Positions 10,947 through 22,358 of a DNA stretch of 64,000 nucleotides are shown here, piece by piece. The notes beneath the pieces are model-generated. The model searched no databases, was not told where the DNA came from, and saw nothing but the letters and a program-made list of their open reading frames with translations. The stretch's first letter is position 1, and each line of letters starts with the position of its first letter. The stretch is from positions 178,506-242,505 of the forward strand of contig CBFFRQ010000041.1 in the NCBI GenBank assembly GCA_965644315.1, given 5' to 3'. The position numbers and the translations under genes were made by a program. This stretch comes from Caecitellus pseudoparvulus. Its lineage: Eukaryota > Protista > Bigyra: Bicosoecida.

Positions 10947-13900
10947 TGGGCGAAGTCGAAGCGCGGCCAGGTCCCGATCCAGGCAGAGGTATGGCTCGGA
11001 AACGGCACAGCTTGCCATTGGAGGCCGCGCAGCAGCAACATCCAGGCCAAAGCCTAGGTGGGTGCGGAGTCATCCAGACGGCGTTTCGGCACGGCGCGCC
11101 CCACACCGCGCCCCCTGCACTTCTGCTACCTTCACCTTCCGTGCACAGAGCAACCTCTGCGAGCAGAGGGCGTCGCACGCATCAACCTGCTGCAGCGTCA
11201 TACGGCTCAGCGAGCAGCAAAGGCCGAGCAACCCAACCTTGGAGACAAGCGCACGCGCCAACTGGTCCATGGCCAAAGCCAGGCCAGCCACCCTCCACAG
11301 GCCCAGGCAGCAGCGCAGCACACATGATGTACCTCCGCAAGCAGCTCGCTGCTTTGCGGCAGAGCATGGGCCACCGAGCTGGCACGCTACAGATTCAGGC
11401 GCGCCACGAGCCACCATCACGCCCCCCTTCACGGGGAGCTGCGCGGGATGTGCCCAGTCCTTACGCAGCCCCCATGGCATTCGAAGCGTCGCAAACTGCG
11501 AGCCGTCGGGGGCGTCCCCGATCAGCTGCCCGCACTCCCGACGCGACATCAAAGCACAGCGGTGGCTTCGCCGCGCTGCCTGCGCCAGGCAGACCCCAAT
11601 CAGCCGCACGATCCCATGTCCACACGCACCACGACGCGTCAAGTGCACCTGCTCGGCCGGTCTCGGCAGCTGCTCGGCCATCGAGCGGGGTGGGCTACTG
11701 GCGAGGCCAGGCGACTGCCACTTCTCTAGCTGCCTCCAGAAAGCTGCCCCGCGAATCATCCAGCGGGTCTGAGGGGCACAGCAGGTCCTCTGCCACGTCC
11801 CAGAGGACCCAGCGAGCGGCATCCAAAGGGTGGAATCTCGCTCGAACATCTGCACCCAGCACTCCCAAGCCCAGCGTGCCCGAACAAGCGTGGTCCAAGA
11901 AGGCCGTGCCCACCAGCACTGCTGCCCACCCAGCACACGCCAGGCAGGAAAGCCCAGTGGGAGACAAGACTCCCATACAGCCGCTGAAGGGGCAGCACAA
12001 GGCCACTCCTGATCGCCCCTCCACCCGGCTGCCGTCCTTGACGCCGACATCAGCACGCGTCGTGCACATACCCTCGGCCCCACCAACAGAAGCGCCCACG
12101 GTGAACAAAGGGGCGCCCAGTGCCCCTGCAAGCTCCCGGGCAGGCACAGCTCGCACGGCACAGCCCAGCCATGCCCTCCCCTCTCCCGACATCGGAAGCA
12201 CAGCGAAGCGCCCAGAGGAGCGACCGTTCCGCCAGGGTGCCGCGCCTGTGGTGGATGGCGCCTCCTCCAGGCCAGTGTCTGCAGCGTTGAGCAGGCGGCA
12301 TCACCCAGAGAAACAGCCAGAGGCCCCCAAAGCAGGCACAGCGCGCCAACTCGAAGGAGGACATCTGCTTGAGGACAAAGAGCCGAAGGTAGCTTCCCCA
12401 ACGGAAGCATGTGACTCTGCCCCTACAGCCGAGGCGCAGCCCGGGCCAGCTGAAGCGCCCTCGCAGGCACAGCAGGCCAAGGCGTCGCGGGAACGTATCA
12501 AGCGAGGAATGGAAGCCGCAAAGAGGGAAGCGGAAGACGCTGTTGAGGCAGAAGCCGCCGCGGCATTGATCGTTGCAGGCAGCACGGCGTCTGGGACTGA
12601 CGTCGTGCGCATGCAGAAAGAGCGCGAGATGGTGCTGAAGCAGCGCCTCATCGAGTCCGTCTCGTCTCCCTCATTCTCAGGAAAGTCAACCACAGATTTT
12701 TACGGCTTTGGGAAAGTGCTGGGGCAAGGCAGCTTCGGAAAGGTGCGCTTGGCATGGCATCGCCTGGCCGGCACACAGGTGGCCATCAAGAGCTACGAGA
12801 AGAGCAAGATGACAGAGGAGCACCACTGGAAACGAGTCAAACAGGAGATAAAGCTGATGGAGCGACTGAACCATCCCCATGTCATTCGCATGCTGGAAAT
12901 GATCGACTCACCCAAGCGCATCCACATCGTCATGGAGCATGCTGGCGGAGGGAACCTGTGCAGCTACGTCAAGGCACGTCGCAGGCTGCCAGAGCATGAA
13001 GCGCGGAAGATCTTCATTCAGCTGCTGCTGGGAGTGGAGTACATGCATGACCTCGGCATCATTCATCGGGACATCAAGCTGGAGAATGTCCTGTTCGACG
13101 AGGACCGCAACATGAAGCTGGTGGACTTCGGCTTCTCTGTTGCTTGCAGGGACCCCAACAAGCGCCTGAAGATTTTCTGCGGAACGCCGTCGTACATGGC
13201 CCCCGAGATCGTGCTGCGGCAGGAGTACTTGGGCAGGCCTGTTGACGTCTGGTCCCTGGGCGTGCTGCTGTACGCGTGCTTGTGTGGCTGCTTCCCGTTT
13301 GTGGCCAAGAGCTACCCTGAACTGTACAAGAAGATTGCCGCCGCCCACCTGCGCCTTCCGGACCACCTTTCCCACTCTTCGAGGGATCTCCTGAGGCGCA
13401 TGCTGCACCCTGACCCGACAAAGCGCCTGACTCTCGCCAGAGTTCGGCGGCACCCGTGGGTCAAGCCAGTGGCCGCGGCTGCCATCAACGCCGTGTCTGT
13501 GCCCAAGGACACCGGCCTGCAGATCGCGGACGACCCCGCCGACGACGTTTTGGATGCAGCCCTGCGTAAAGTCGAAGAAGTGGGGCTTCCGCGAGATGGG
13601 GTCGTCTCCGACGTGCTGTCGAGAGCAAAGAGCTGCCGCACTACGACGTACTACCTGCTCCTCGCCAAGCATGGCCGCGCCGCCTTGAAGGCGGCAGTGC
13701 CTGCCGCGAAGCTGGAAGCCTCCATCAGCCAGCCCTCAACAGCTACGCTTGCATCCAACCCACGACCGGCCTCCGCCTTGCCTCGGGAGCGCACGCCCAG
13801 TGAAGGCTACCTGAGGGGAGGCAAGCTTGAAGGCGAGCAGCCCAGGACGAGTTCACGGCCGCGAACGGCCAGTCTGCCACAACGATACGGTGAGCGGCAA

Positions 13901-14086
13901 CGGGCAGACTTTGCACATATCGCGGCGTGGTACAGGGAAAAGGGGCAGCCTGCGTCCTCGGCGCATGCTCACGTGTCGGGCCCTGGGATGAGGACGCTTC
14001 GCCCGGCCTCTGCCAAGACCGCACCACAGTCAAGCAAGCACAGCTTCCTCCATCGAGTGCAAGCGGCCGCACAGTACAAGCCTTGA
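10947..14086 (+). CDS. Ser/Thr kinase, CAMK group (MARK/SNF1-like), long disordered N-terminus; start uncertain
   Basis: LGQGSFGKV, VAIK, HRDIKLEN, DFG, FCGTPSYMAPE and DVWSLGV, followed by a UBA-like segment. Confidence 0.9.
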
Positions 14087-14111
14087 GGCTATAGGCTGTG
14101 CACGGCTCGGG

Positions 14112-14119
14112 AATGCATT
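14112..14119. terminator. palindromic AATGCATT, putative bidirectional poly(A) signal (kinase/ABCF)
   Basis: It is the only AATGCA for either gene in the 43-nt gap between the convergent stops. Confidence 0.65.
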
Positions 14120-14129
14120 GCAGCGTCGC

Positions 14130-17100
14130 TCAGCTGGGAGGTGCAGCCTCGGCAGGAGCGGCTGCAGCCGCTGCTTGCTTCTTGCGCTTCTCGGCAATCT
14201 TTGCTGCACGAATGCGAGCGGCTGCCAGCTGTTCCTCTTGCGCTTTCTTCGCTGCGATGTCTGCCAGGCTCTCCAGCTTCTCTTCCTCCTCGTGGATGTC
14301 CTTGAGCAAGCTCTCACGGTAGTCGTCCACGTCGCCCTCGTACAGGGTCACGCCGAGGTCACCCGAAATCACCCACAGTCGGCAGTCGGTGGCCTCAATG
14401 AGCCGGGCGTCGTGAGAAACCAGGATGACACCGCCCTGGAAGGCACCAATAGCGTCCGCCAGGGCATCAATGGACTCGATGTCCAAGTGGTTCGTCGGCT
14501 CATCCATGAAAAGGATGTGGGAGTCTTGCTTGGACAAGCTCGCAAACACGACGCGAGCCTTCTGCCCGCCTGACAAATCAGACACCTTGATTTCGTGAGC
14601 GTGGCTCTCCAGGCCAAACCTGCCCAGCATCATGCGAGACTGCGAAAGGAGGGTGGGAAGAGTGAGCGGGGCTTCTCAGGCAAGTCATACCGTGCAGGGC
14701 AAGCCACACTCACCTCTTGGTACTTGGTGTCGTGCATGCGCTGCAAGTACTGTACAGGGGTCTCGTCCATGGGGAGCACATCCACAAAGTGCTGGTTGTA
14801 CTTGCCGATGCGTAGGAAGCGGTTCCTGTGGATCTCCCCCTCAGTGGGCTCCAGATCCCCCATGATCAAATTCAGCAAGGTACTCTTGCCCACTCCATTC
14901 GGCCCCACAATCGCAACACGGCTGCTCTGGTCAATGCCAAGGGAGACGTCCTTGAACAGCCAAGGTGTATCATCGCGGTACCTGAAGCTGACCTCCCGCA
15001 CATCCAGCACCGGCGGCGCCAGCTCAGGTGGGTCAGGGAACTGAAAGTTCACTGTGTACTCCTTGGGCTTTTCCAGGAGCTGAGAAGCAGCGACGGCCTC
15101 CTCTGACGTGGCGGCTGCGCCACCGCCACGCCCGCCCTTGCGCCCGCCCTTCTTGCCGCCGCCGGACTTGGCACTCTCCTCGGCAGCCTTGCGCGACTTG
15201 CCCTTGTGTTTCAGAGACTGGATGGTCTTTTGCTGCTGCTTGTAGGCCTTGACTCGCTTCTCGAAGTTCTGGGCCTTCTGCGCCTTGTACGTGTCGTAGT
15301 TGCCTCGGTAGTACTCCAGCTTGCGGTCCTCAATGCTGATGATGTCGGTGACGACGCTGTGCAGGAAGTCCTGGTCGTGACTCACCACCATGAGGGTGTT
15401 CTTCCAGTTCTGCAGGTACTCGTCAAGCCACAGGACAGCGTTCAGGTCCAGGTGGTTCGTCGGTTCGTCCAGCAGCAGCAGAGTTGGCTCCACAAACAGC
15501 GCTCGAGCCAGCGAAATACGCATGCGCCAACCACCACTGAAGTGCTTCGTGGGGCGCTCCATCATCTCCAGCGTGAACCCCAGGCCTGACAGGATCTTGC
15601 GCGCCTTGGGCTCGGCCTTGTGCACGCCATGCAGGCTCTGCTCCTCGTACACCTCCCGCAGCCGTGCTTCACGCGCTTCACGCTCCTCCAGCGTCAAGTA
15701 CCCGGGCCCAGGCTCCCGCCCCTCCTCTTCCTCCTCGTCTGCCTGGTCGGCCGCCTCCAGCTGGGCCATGAGCACTTGCTCCTCCCTCAGCAGCGCCTCA
15801 CGCTTCACGTCAGCACGAAGGACAGCCGTGACAGCGGTGGTGTCGTCGGCAACCACCTCCTGCTCCACGTACAAGACGTCGATGCCAGAGGGAATTGCCA
15901 GCTGCCGTGCTCCGAGGTACTTCAACAGAGTGGACTTGCCCTGGCCGTTGGGGCCAACGACACCGTACCGCCGGCCGTGCACGACGTGCAGGCGTGCGTT
16001 CACAAACAGCTGCTTCTTGTACGCAGTGATGGTGAAGTCGTCCACAATGACGTCTCGAGAGCTGGACGTGCCGGCGCCGGAGGCGGCCTTGCCCGCCTGG
16101 CTCAAGCTGAAGTTCTCCAGGCCCAAGCTGTCGTGCTTGTACTCCTCCATACCCGCCCCGATGATGCTGGAGTCCACGCCGCTGCCCTCCTTGGCCTTCT
16201 CCTCGTCGAAGGCAGCCAGCGCGCGCTTCTCCTTGCTGCTCAGGTGCTTGCCCTTGTCCCGCTTCACCAGCAGGCGCTGCAGCTTCTTGTCCACTGGCTC
16301 CCCGTGCAGAGTGTACACGGTCTCGCCAGCACCGGCGGCGGCAGCAGCGGGAGCCGCTGCCGCTGCACCCTCCCCGCCCTCTTCCTCTGCCTCCAGCACA
16401 AAGTCAGCGCCCTTCTTCTTCTTGGACTTCTTCTTGGACTTTTTCTCCTTCTTGTCCTTCTTGTCCTTTTTCTCCTTCTTGTCCTTCTTCGACTTCTTGC
16501 CGGACTTCTTGCTGCTGCCGGCGTCAGAGGCAGCATCGACCTCCGCCCCGTCATCAGAGGAATCGTCGCCCAGCGCATCAAAGCCGCTCGCTTTCGCGAC
16601 AGGCTCATCTTCGTCGCTGCTGCTATCATCCAGACCAGCAAATGCACTGGTTTGGGCGGGCGCGCCCTCCGACTCGGCGTCGCTGTCCTCGTCAAGAACC
16701 TGCGGCTCGTGTGGCGCGCCAGCTGCGCCGTCGTCTGACTCCTCCGCTGGAGCGACCTCGGTGAAATCGGGCACGTCGTCGCTGTCAGAGTCGCCAAAAC
16801 CGCCGCCACCGCCGCCACCGCCGCGCTTCTTGCCGCCCTTCTTGCCGCCTCGCTTGGAGCTGCGCTTGCTGCTCGTGACGGAGGGAGCCTGTGAGGCGGA
16901 GCCATCCTCCTCCTCCGCAGGCAGGACTGCCTTGGTCAGATCGGGCACGTCGTCGCTGTCAGAGTCGCCGAAGCCGCCCCCACCACGCTTCTTGCCGCCC
17001 TTCTTGCCACCTTTCTTGCCCCCCTTCTTGCCGCTCTTTGCTCCTCCAGCAGGAACTGGCGGTGCTGCAGCGCCTTCATCGCCGGGGATGATGGGCGGGG

Positions 17101-17167
17101 TCGAGGCCTTCGTGAACCCATCGTCCTCATCCACCTGCTGCTTCTTCTTCCCCTTGCGCTTCGGCAT
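14130..17167 (-). CDS. ABC-F family ATPase (ABCF1/GCN20-like)
   Basis: Two ABC domains (GPNGQGKST/FSGGWRMR/LLLDEPTNHLD and GPNGVGKST/LSGGQKARV/MDEPTNHLD), no TM segments, and a K/D/E-rich N-terminus. Intron 14713-14640. Confidence 0.93.
16766..16969. repeat. intragenic duplication: 30-nt identical copies at 16766-16795 and 16940-16969, within repeated GGKK...GFGDSDSDDVPD
   Basis: Exact repeat atcgggcacgtcgtcgctgtcagagtcgcc. Confidence 0.85.
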
Positions 17168-17579
17168 GGTGCAAGCGCGGCTGACAAAGGGCTGCGTGCA
17201 AAGACTCTGTCTGCTGGGTGCGGAAATTGAGCACCCCAAGAACGCAACAAGTGGTAGCTGTTGAAGTACACCGCGTTCCCAGCCTGCTGCACTGCTGCGG
17301 ATTGCTGCACAACAAGCCGTGCTAGAAGCTAGGCGTATCCGTTACACGATGGGTGTGTTTTGGTTCCTTTGTACAGGGTGCCTCGTCTGCCGCCACGCGA
17401 GCTGTGCTTCTCAGGCAACGACGCATACCACACATGAAGAGCGCACTGCAAAACACGATGCACGAACGCTTCCACATTGCCATCGTGTGACTGGGTTCCC
17501 TGCATATGAACCGAGTGGCACCCGGCACGACAGCAACGTGCTCGCGCTCAGGCGCACGGCGTGCTCTCTTGCCAGCAAC

Positions 17580-18245
17580 ATGGCAGCCGTGGCCGGTACC
17601 TCCTTGGCCTCTGCGCTGCCGGACGATGCTGCGCGCGAAGCCGCAAACCAGGAGCGTCACATGGTGTCTGACTTTGATGCGGTTCCTGTGCGTGGTGCGG
17701 CGCCCAGCCCTGCGCGTCCGCCATGCCGCCACGCCACGCCACGCCGCCGTCTGTCACGCCAGATCACCTTCATGCTGCCTCACGGCGAGGAGTGGACGGT
17801 CCAAGTGAGACCCTGCGGCTTGCCTCCAGCGGCGAGCCCAGCGCCACTCGGGCGCCCCTCATCTGCACAGTTTCAATCTGGTCAAGACATCGCATTCATG
17901 AAGTACACCCTGCACAAGGAGTGGGGCATTCCCATCAGCGTCATGGTGAGGAGGCTGGCCGTCAAAATCCGCGCTTGCAAAACCTGTCCACACACGCGCC
18001 CAATCACCTGCACTCTCCCTGTGCAGACTCTGGTGGTTGGGGGTGATTCACTCATTGACCCAATGAGCATTGCGGACTACCCCGAACTGATGGACGGTTC
18101 TAGCCAAGTCACAGTGGCCATCCCAACGGGTGAGCGATATGCTGAGTACGAGGCCCGGCTGGCGGCCGAGTCCAGCGAGGGCAAAGCCGGCGACGGCAAG
18201 GCACCTGAGGGTGACGGCAAGGTGTCTGGGGAGGGCAAGGAGTGA
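17580..18245 (+). CDS. small protein with a probable ubiquitin-like fold, 4 exons
   Basis: Introns 17688-17762, 17805-17870 and 17946-18026. The spliced product ITFMLPHGE..FQSGQDIAFMKYTL..LIDPMSIADYP has a beta-grasp-like pattern. Confidence 0.6.
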   Translation: MAAVAGTSLASALPDDAAREAANQERHMVSDFDAVPVRGAAPSPARPPCRHATPRRRLSRQITFMLPHGEEWTVQVRPCGLPPAASPAPLGRPSSAQFQSGQDIAFMKYTLHKEWGIPISVMVRRLAVKIRACKTCPHTRPITCTLPVQTLVVGGDSLIDPMSIADYPELMDGSSQVTVAIPTGERYAEYEARLAAESSEGKAGDGKAPEGDGKVSGEGKE

Positions 18246-18679
18246 GGTACTGGTCCGGTCAGGGCGCCTGGCCGTTGCCTGCAGTGGGGCACCTCCTCAC
18301 ACAGCCCTGCTGCTTGTGTACCATGCTTGGGCCACGAATGCACTTTAGGCCCCCACTGCGCGCCCCTTGAGTGAGCGCACTTGTGTCGTTGTGCCCAGCC
18401 CCGGCTTGCCTCGCGCGGGCCGCCGGCTCTGCGAGGGCGTCGGTGGAAACGGCTGGCGCTTGCCCCTCGCCACCCCTGAGCACTTCCAACATGCTCGACA
18501 AAGCGATCCCCCACTGCCCCTCAAGTGGATGCGCCGAGGTTTCAAGCCACAGTTGCCGCTGCGTGTCGCCGCGCTAGCTGTCCTCGACGACACCACCGCG
18601 CCAGGCTCCTTCTGCCTGCGTCGTGCCAGTGCTGCCGCTGACCTGAACGGGGCACCCTCGCCACTTCCAGCTGTCCACC

Positions 18680-20867
18680 ATGGCCGCCGAGGGAGTCGAT
18701 GGCATTGCATTGCTCATTGAGGAGATGAAGGCTGATGACACCGAGCGCGTGCGTGCTCCAGGGCAGCTCTTCTGCCCCTGCACAGCGGGGATCGGCACTG
18801 CACTTCTCCGCGGCGCCTTCACTTGCCGACGCTGCTCCCTGCGCAGCGCATCCAAGCCATGCACAGCCTTCAGACTGTTGCCAAGGCCCTGGGCCCTGCT
18901 CGCACTGCATCCGAGCTGGTGCCCTTCCTTGCAGGTGTGTGCCTGGCCTGTTGGGAGGGCTGCGAAAGAGCGTTTTGGCCACGCTCTGCAAGCTGTTGCC
19001 ACCCACCTTGTCCCTGGCGCCGCACCCCCCCCGCAGAACAAGTGGAGGATGACGACGAAGTGTTGATGGTCATGGCGGAGCAGCTGGCAGGCTTCGTGGA
19101 ACTCATGGGCGGGCACTCCCAGGCAGCTGTGCTGGTTGACATCCTGGGCAGCCTCGCCACCGTTGAGGAGACCGTTGTGCGCGACAAGGTCCGTGCAGCG
19201 AGGCCGCTGCCTGTGCATGTGTCTCTGCATTACTGCAATGACTTCGCTTGCTGCACGATGCCGCTGCGGCGTGGCTGCGTGCTGCAGCGTGGCCGTTCCT
19301 CGTGGCGTGGTGTACCTGCCTGGCACCCCGCACCGGGACACCTTGCGCCCCACGCAGGCTGTGGAGAGCACAAACACAATTGTGGAGGGCCTGCCCAGCG
19401 CTGACATCGTGACGCATGTACTGCCAGTCATTGAACGCCTTGCCTCGGGCGAGTGGTTCACGTCCCGGGTGTCTGCAGCTGGCCTCTTCCCCACTGCCTA
19501 CGCCCGTCTGGCTGACCCAGCAGCTGCCACCAAACTGCGCCAGTGCGTCGCCTCCTGCCGTGCCAAGCCACTGCTCCAGCTCCCTCGTACCTGCCCCCGC
19601 CCCTTCCTCTTGGTGCAGGCACTTCAAGGCTCTCTGCTCCGATGACACGCCCATGGTGCGCCGGGCAGCTGCGAAGCACATTGGAGCCTTCGCAGACGCC
19701 GCGCACGACGGCAGCGTGGGGGAGCTGCTGCCCCTCTTCACGCAGCTGGCCGGGGACGACCAGGACAGCGTGCGCCTGCTGGCCATCGAGAACTGCACGG
19801 CCTTCGCCCGCAACCTGGCCGCGGGCGACGCCCAGTCCACTGTGCTGCCCCTGGCCAAGGCCTGCGCCGAGGACAAGTCGTGGCGGGTGCGGAACAACAT
19901 CGCCAAGGACTTCCACGAGCTGTCTGCGGCGCTGGGAGCAGCCATTGCCAAGGACCACCTGCTGCCGCTGTTTGTGAAGCTGCTGCAAGACCCCGAAGCG
20001 GAAGTGCGCGGCAACGCTGCCATGCAGCTGGAGGGGTACGCTGCCCTCGTGGGCAGTGGCCCCTTCAGCACCCTCGTGCTGCCCTCCCTCAAGGCCCTCG
20101 CAGGCGACGTCGCCCAGAGCGTGCGTGTGGCCACTGCCGAGAGTGTGATGAAGGTGCTGCCGTCAGTGGAGAAGGATGTCGCACGCACGTCCATGCTGCC
20201 CCTGGTGCTGCAGCTGCTGCGGGATGAGGCCGCAGAGGTGCGCGCTAAGGTGCTGGGCCTGCTGGAGCACTTGGTCACTGCCGTCGGCGAAGACGTCGTG
20301 GACACGTCCCTCATCCCAGTCCTGGTGTCCCTGGGCTCCGACATGCAGTGGCGTGTGCGGGAAGGCGTCATGCAGCAGATGCCGCTGTTTGCACGGGTTA
20401 TGTCAGCCCCCTCCTTCGAAAGCAAGCTGCTGCCCATGTTCCTGGCGGCCCTGGACGACTCAGTGGCTTCTGTTCGTGTCGCGACGGCGGCCAGCATGGA
20501 GGGGCTGGGGTCCACCATGGGTGGTGACTGGAGCATGGCCCACCTGGCCCCCCGCTTGCAGGAGCTCTTCAGCGCTGCCGAGCACTTCAACCAGCGCGCC
20601 ACAGTGGTGTATGCGGTGCAGGCCCTGGCTCGTGCCGCTGACCACTCTGCCGTCGTGGCTGACCTGGTTTCCGTCCTCACTGCCGCGGCACAGGATGCAG
20701 TGCCCAACGTGCGCCTCGTGGCGGCACGTGCCATGGCCGACGTGGCGAGGGCCATCCCTGACGACCAGTACGCGAGTGTCTTGAAGCCTGTCCTGCTGCA
20801 GCTGGAGAGCGACTCGGATGACGATGTGAAGCACTTTGCCGCTGCCTCACGTGCTGCTGTTGAGTAG
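18680..20867 (+). CDS. PPP2R1A: PP2A scaffold subunit A (PR65, HEAT repeats)
   Basis: IALLIEEM, ATVEETVVRDKAVES, WFTSRVSA, DTPMVRRAAA, DQDSVRLLA, DKSWRVR and VPNVR. Introns 18749-18846, 18935-19036, 19189-19357 and 19543-19618. Confidence 0.93.
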
Positions 20868-21123
20868 ACCTGCTAGATTGTGCGTTTCAGGGGTGCCGCT
20901 GGCAATGCACTCACTTCTGCCTGTGTGGTACTTTGCAGAAGGCGGCTCCAGTGATGGTGCCCTCCCTGAGTTCTAGCACCTGGCACGCCCAGCCTCTCCG
21001 CCCCTGCCGAGTTCCCGTTTCCAGCAGCACCAAGCCAGTGCCAAGCCAGGCAACCACGTGCCAGCTTCCCGGGCATCGCCCGAGCCACCCCCTTCCTCGT
21101 TGGCTTTTCGTCCTCGCTGCATC

Positions 21124-22278
21124 ATGATCTGGCTCAGCCTGCCCTTGCTGCTCATTGTGAACCAGGTGAGGGGCGGCTGTGCGGGCGAAACGCGACGTGA
21201 ACGCGGGCCCACGTGTTGCTTGCGGGCTCCGGGCACTCCGCCCCCTGTGCCCCCACTTCGACAGGTGGATTGGACGGATGAAAACAACGTCTTCATGGCA
21301 CGTGTCTCGTATGCCGTTGTCCAGGTCTGCGTGCTTGGCGCTTGGTGGCTCATCCAGCAGAAAGCCCAGAGCTTGCCCAAGGGGCGCACGATGTGGGTGC
21401 CAGACCCTGTCAAGAACAACGCCCTCATGAAGATGCTAGGGGGCAGTGGGGGCAAGGTCGAGTACATCAAGACGACGGAGGGCGAGTGGCAGCAGCAGAA
21501 AGCGGGGGAGGGCCTGCAGGGAGCCTTGACTTCCGGCGGCATGATGCTGGCGATGAGCCTGTACATGGGCCTCATCACGCCCCTGGCCATGCAGGTCGTT
21601 ATCAGCCCCATGACCCTGTTCAACAACCCGCTGTTCCGCAAGACCCTCTTGGGTGGCTGGGGGCTGTCGCCCCGCCCGTTTGACGAGCGCTGGGCGGACC
21701 CTGAGCAGTTTGAATCGGACGCGGAGGCTGGGCTGGCCCTTGCCGGGGATGCGGAGGGCTCCAGCGCCGCTGCTGGCACGTCGGCTGCCGTGTTGACAGG
21801 CATTGAAGCAGAGTGTGAGGAGGCCATCTTCCGCACGTGGGAGCGGCGCCAGGAGCCCTTGGACATCGGTGTGGCGGAGTCCCTGCTGAAGGCAGGCGGC
21901 AAGCTGACGCACAGGACCCAGGAGGAAGGGTGGACGCTGCTCATGGTAGCATGCGGGAACCCCTCGCAGCACCAACCGGCCCTGCGCAAGTTGCTTGTTC
22001 TGGGGGCGCCGCTGGGGCAGGTGGACGAAGATGGCTGGACAGCCCTGCACTGGGCGGCGTACCATGGGGCTGCTGACACCGTGAACACGATTACGCAGTG
22101 GGCTGCTTCCAGTGGGCACGTGTCTTCCCTCAAGGATGCCCTGCGCGTGGAATCCAAGCAGGGGACGACCCCTCTGCAGCTGGCGATCGCTGAGGGGCAC
22201 AAGGTCACTGCAGCAGCCCTGGAGAAAGCGGCCAGCGTGGAGAGCAGCGCAGAGGAGAAAGTAGAAGAGTTGGATTAG
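21124..22278 (+). CDS. Pho88/Snd3-family membrane domain fused to C-terminal ankyrin repeats
   Basis: The N-half follows the Pho88 pattern (ARVSY..Q, IKTT.EW, MMLAMSLYMG..PLAMQ..SP, RPF). The C-half has GWTLLMVAC, GWTALHWAA and GTTPLQLAI ankyrin motifs. Intron 21166-21264. Confidence 0.75.
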   Translation: MIWLSLPLLLIVNQVRGGCAGETRRERGPTCCLRAPGTPPPVPPLRQVDWTDENNVFMARVSYAVVQVCVLGAWWLIQQKAQSLPKGRTMWVPDPVKNNALMKMLGGSGGKVEYIKTTEGEWQQQKAGEGLQGALTSGGMMLAMSLYMGLITPLAMQVVISPMTLFNNPLFRKTLLGGWGLSPRPFDERWADPEQFESDAEAGLALAGDAEGSSAAAGTSAAVLTGIEAECEEAIFRTWERRQEPLDIGVAESLLKAGGKLTHRTQEEGWTLLMVACGNPSQHQPALRKLLVLGAPLGQVDEDGWTALHWAAYHGAADTVNTITQWAASSGHVSSLKDALRVESKQGTTPLQLAIAEGHKVTAAALEKAASVESSAEEKVEELD

Positions 22279-22358
22279 GACAGCAATGCAAAGAAGGCGC
22301 CCTGAGGTGCGTGAACGCTGACACCTCTCAGGCCGAGGCACAGGCGGGCTGTGTAGGG

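Noticed and set aside
15390-17264. Long antisense/overlapping ORFs (e.g. 624 aa opposite ABCF, 550 aa opposite PP2A-A, 472 aa opposite AHI1)
   Set aside because: These are shadow ORFs expected from high GC and biased codon use. They have no motifs and mirror conserved genes.
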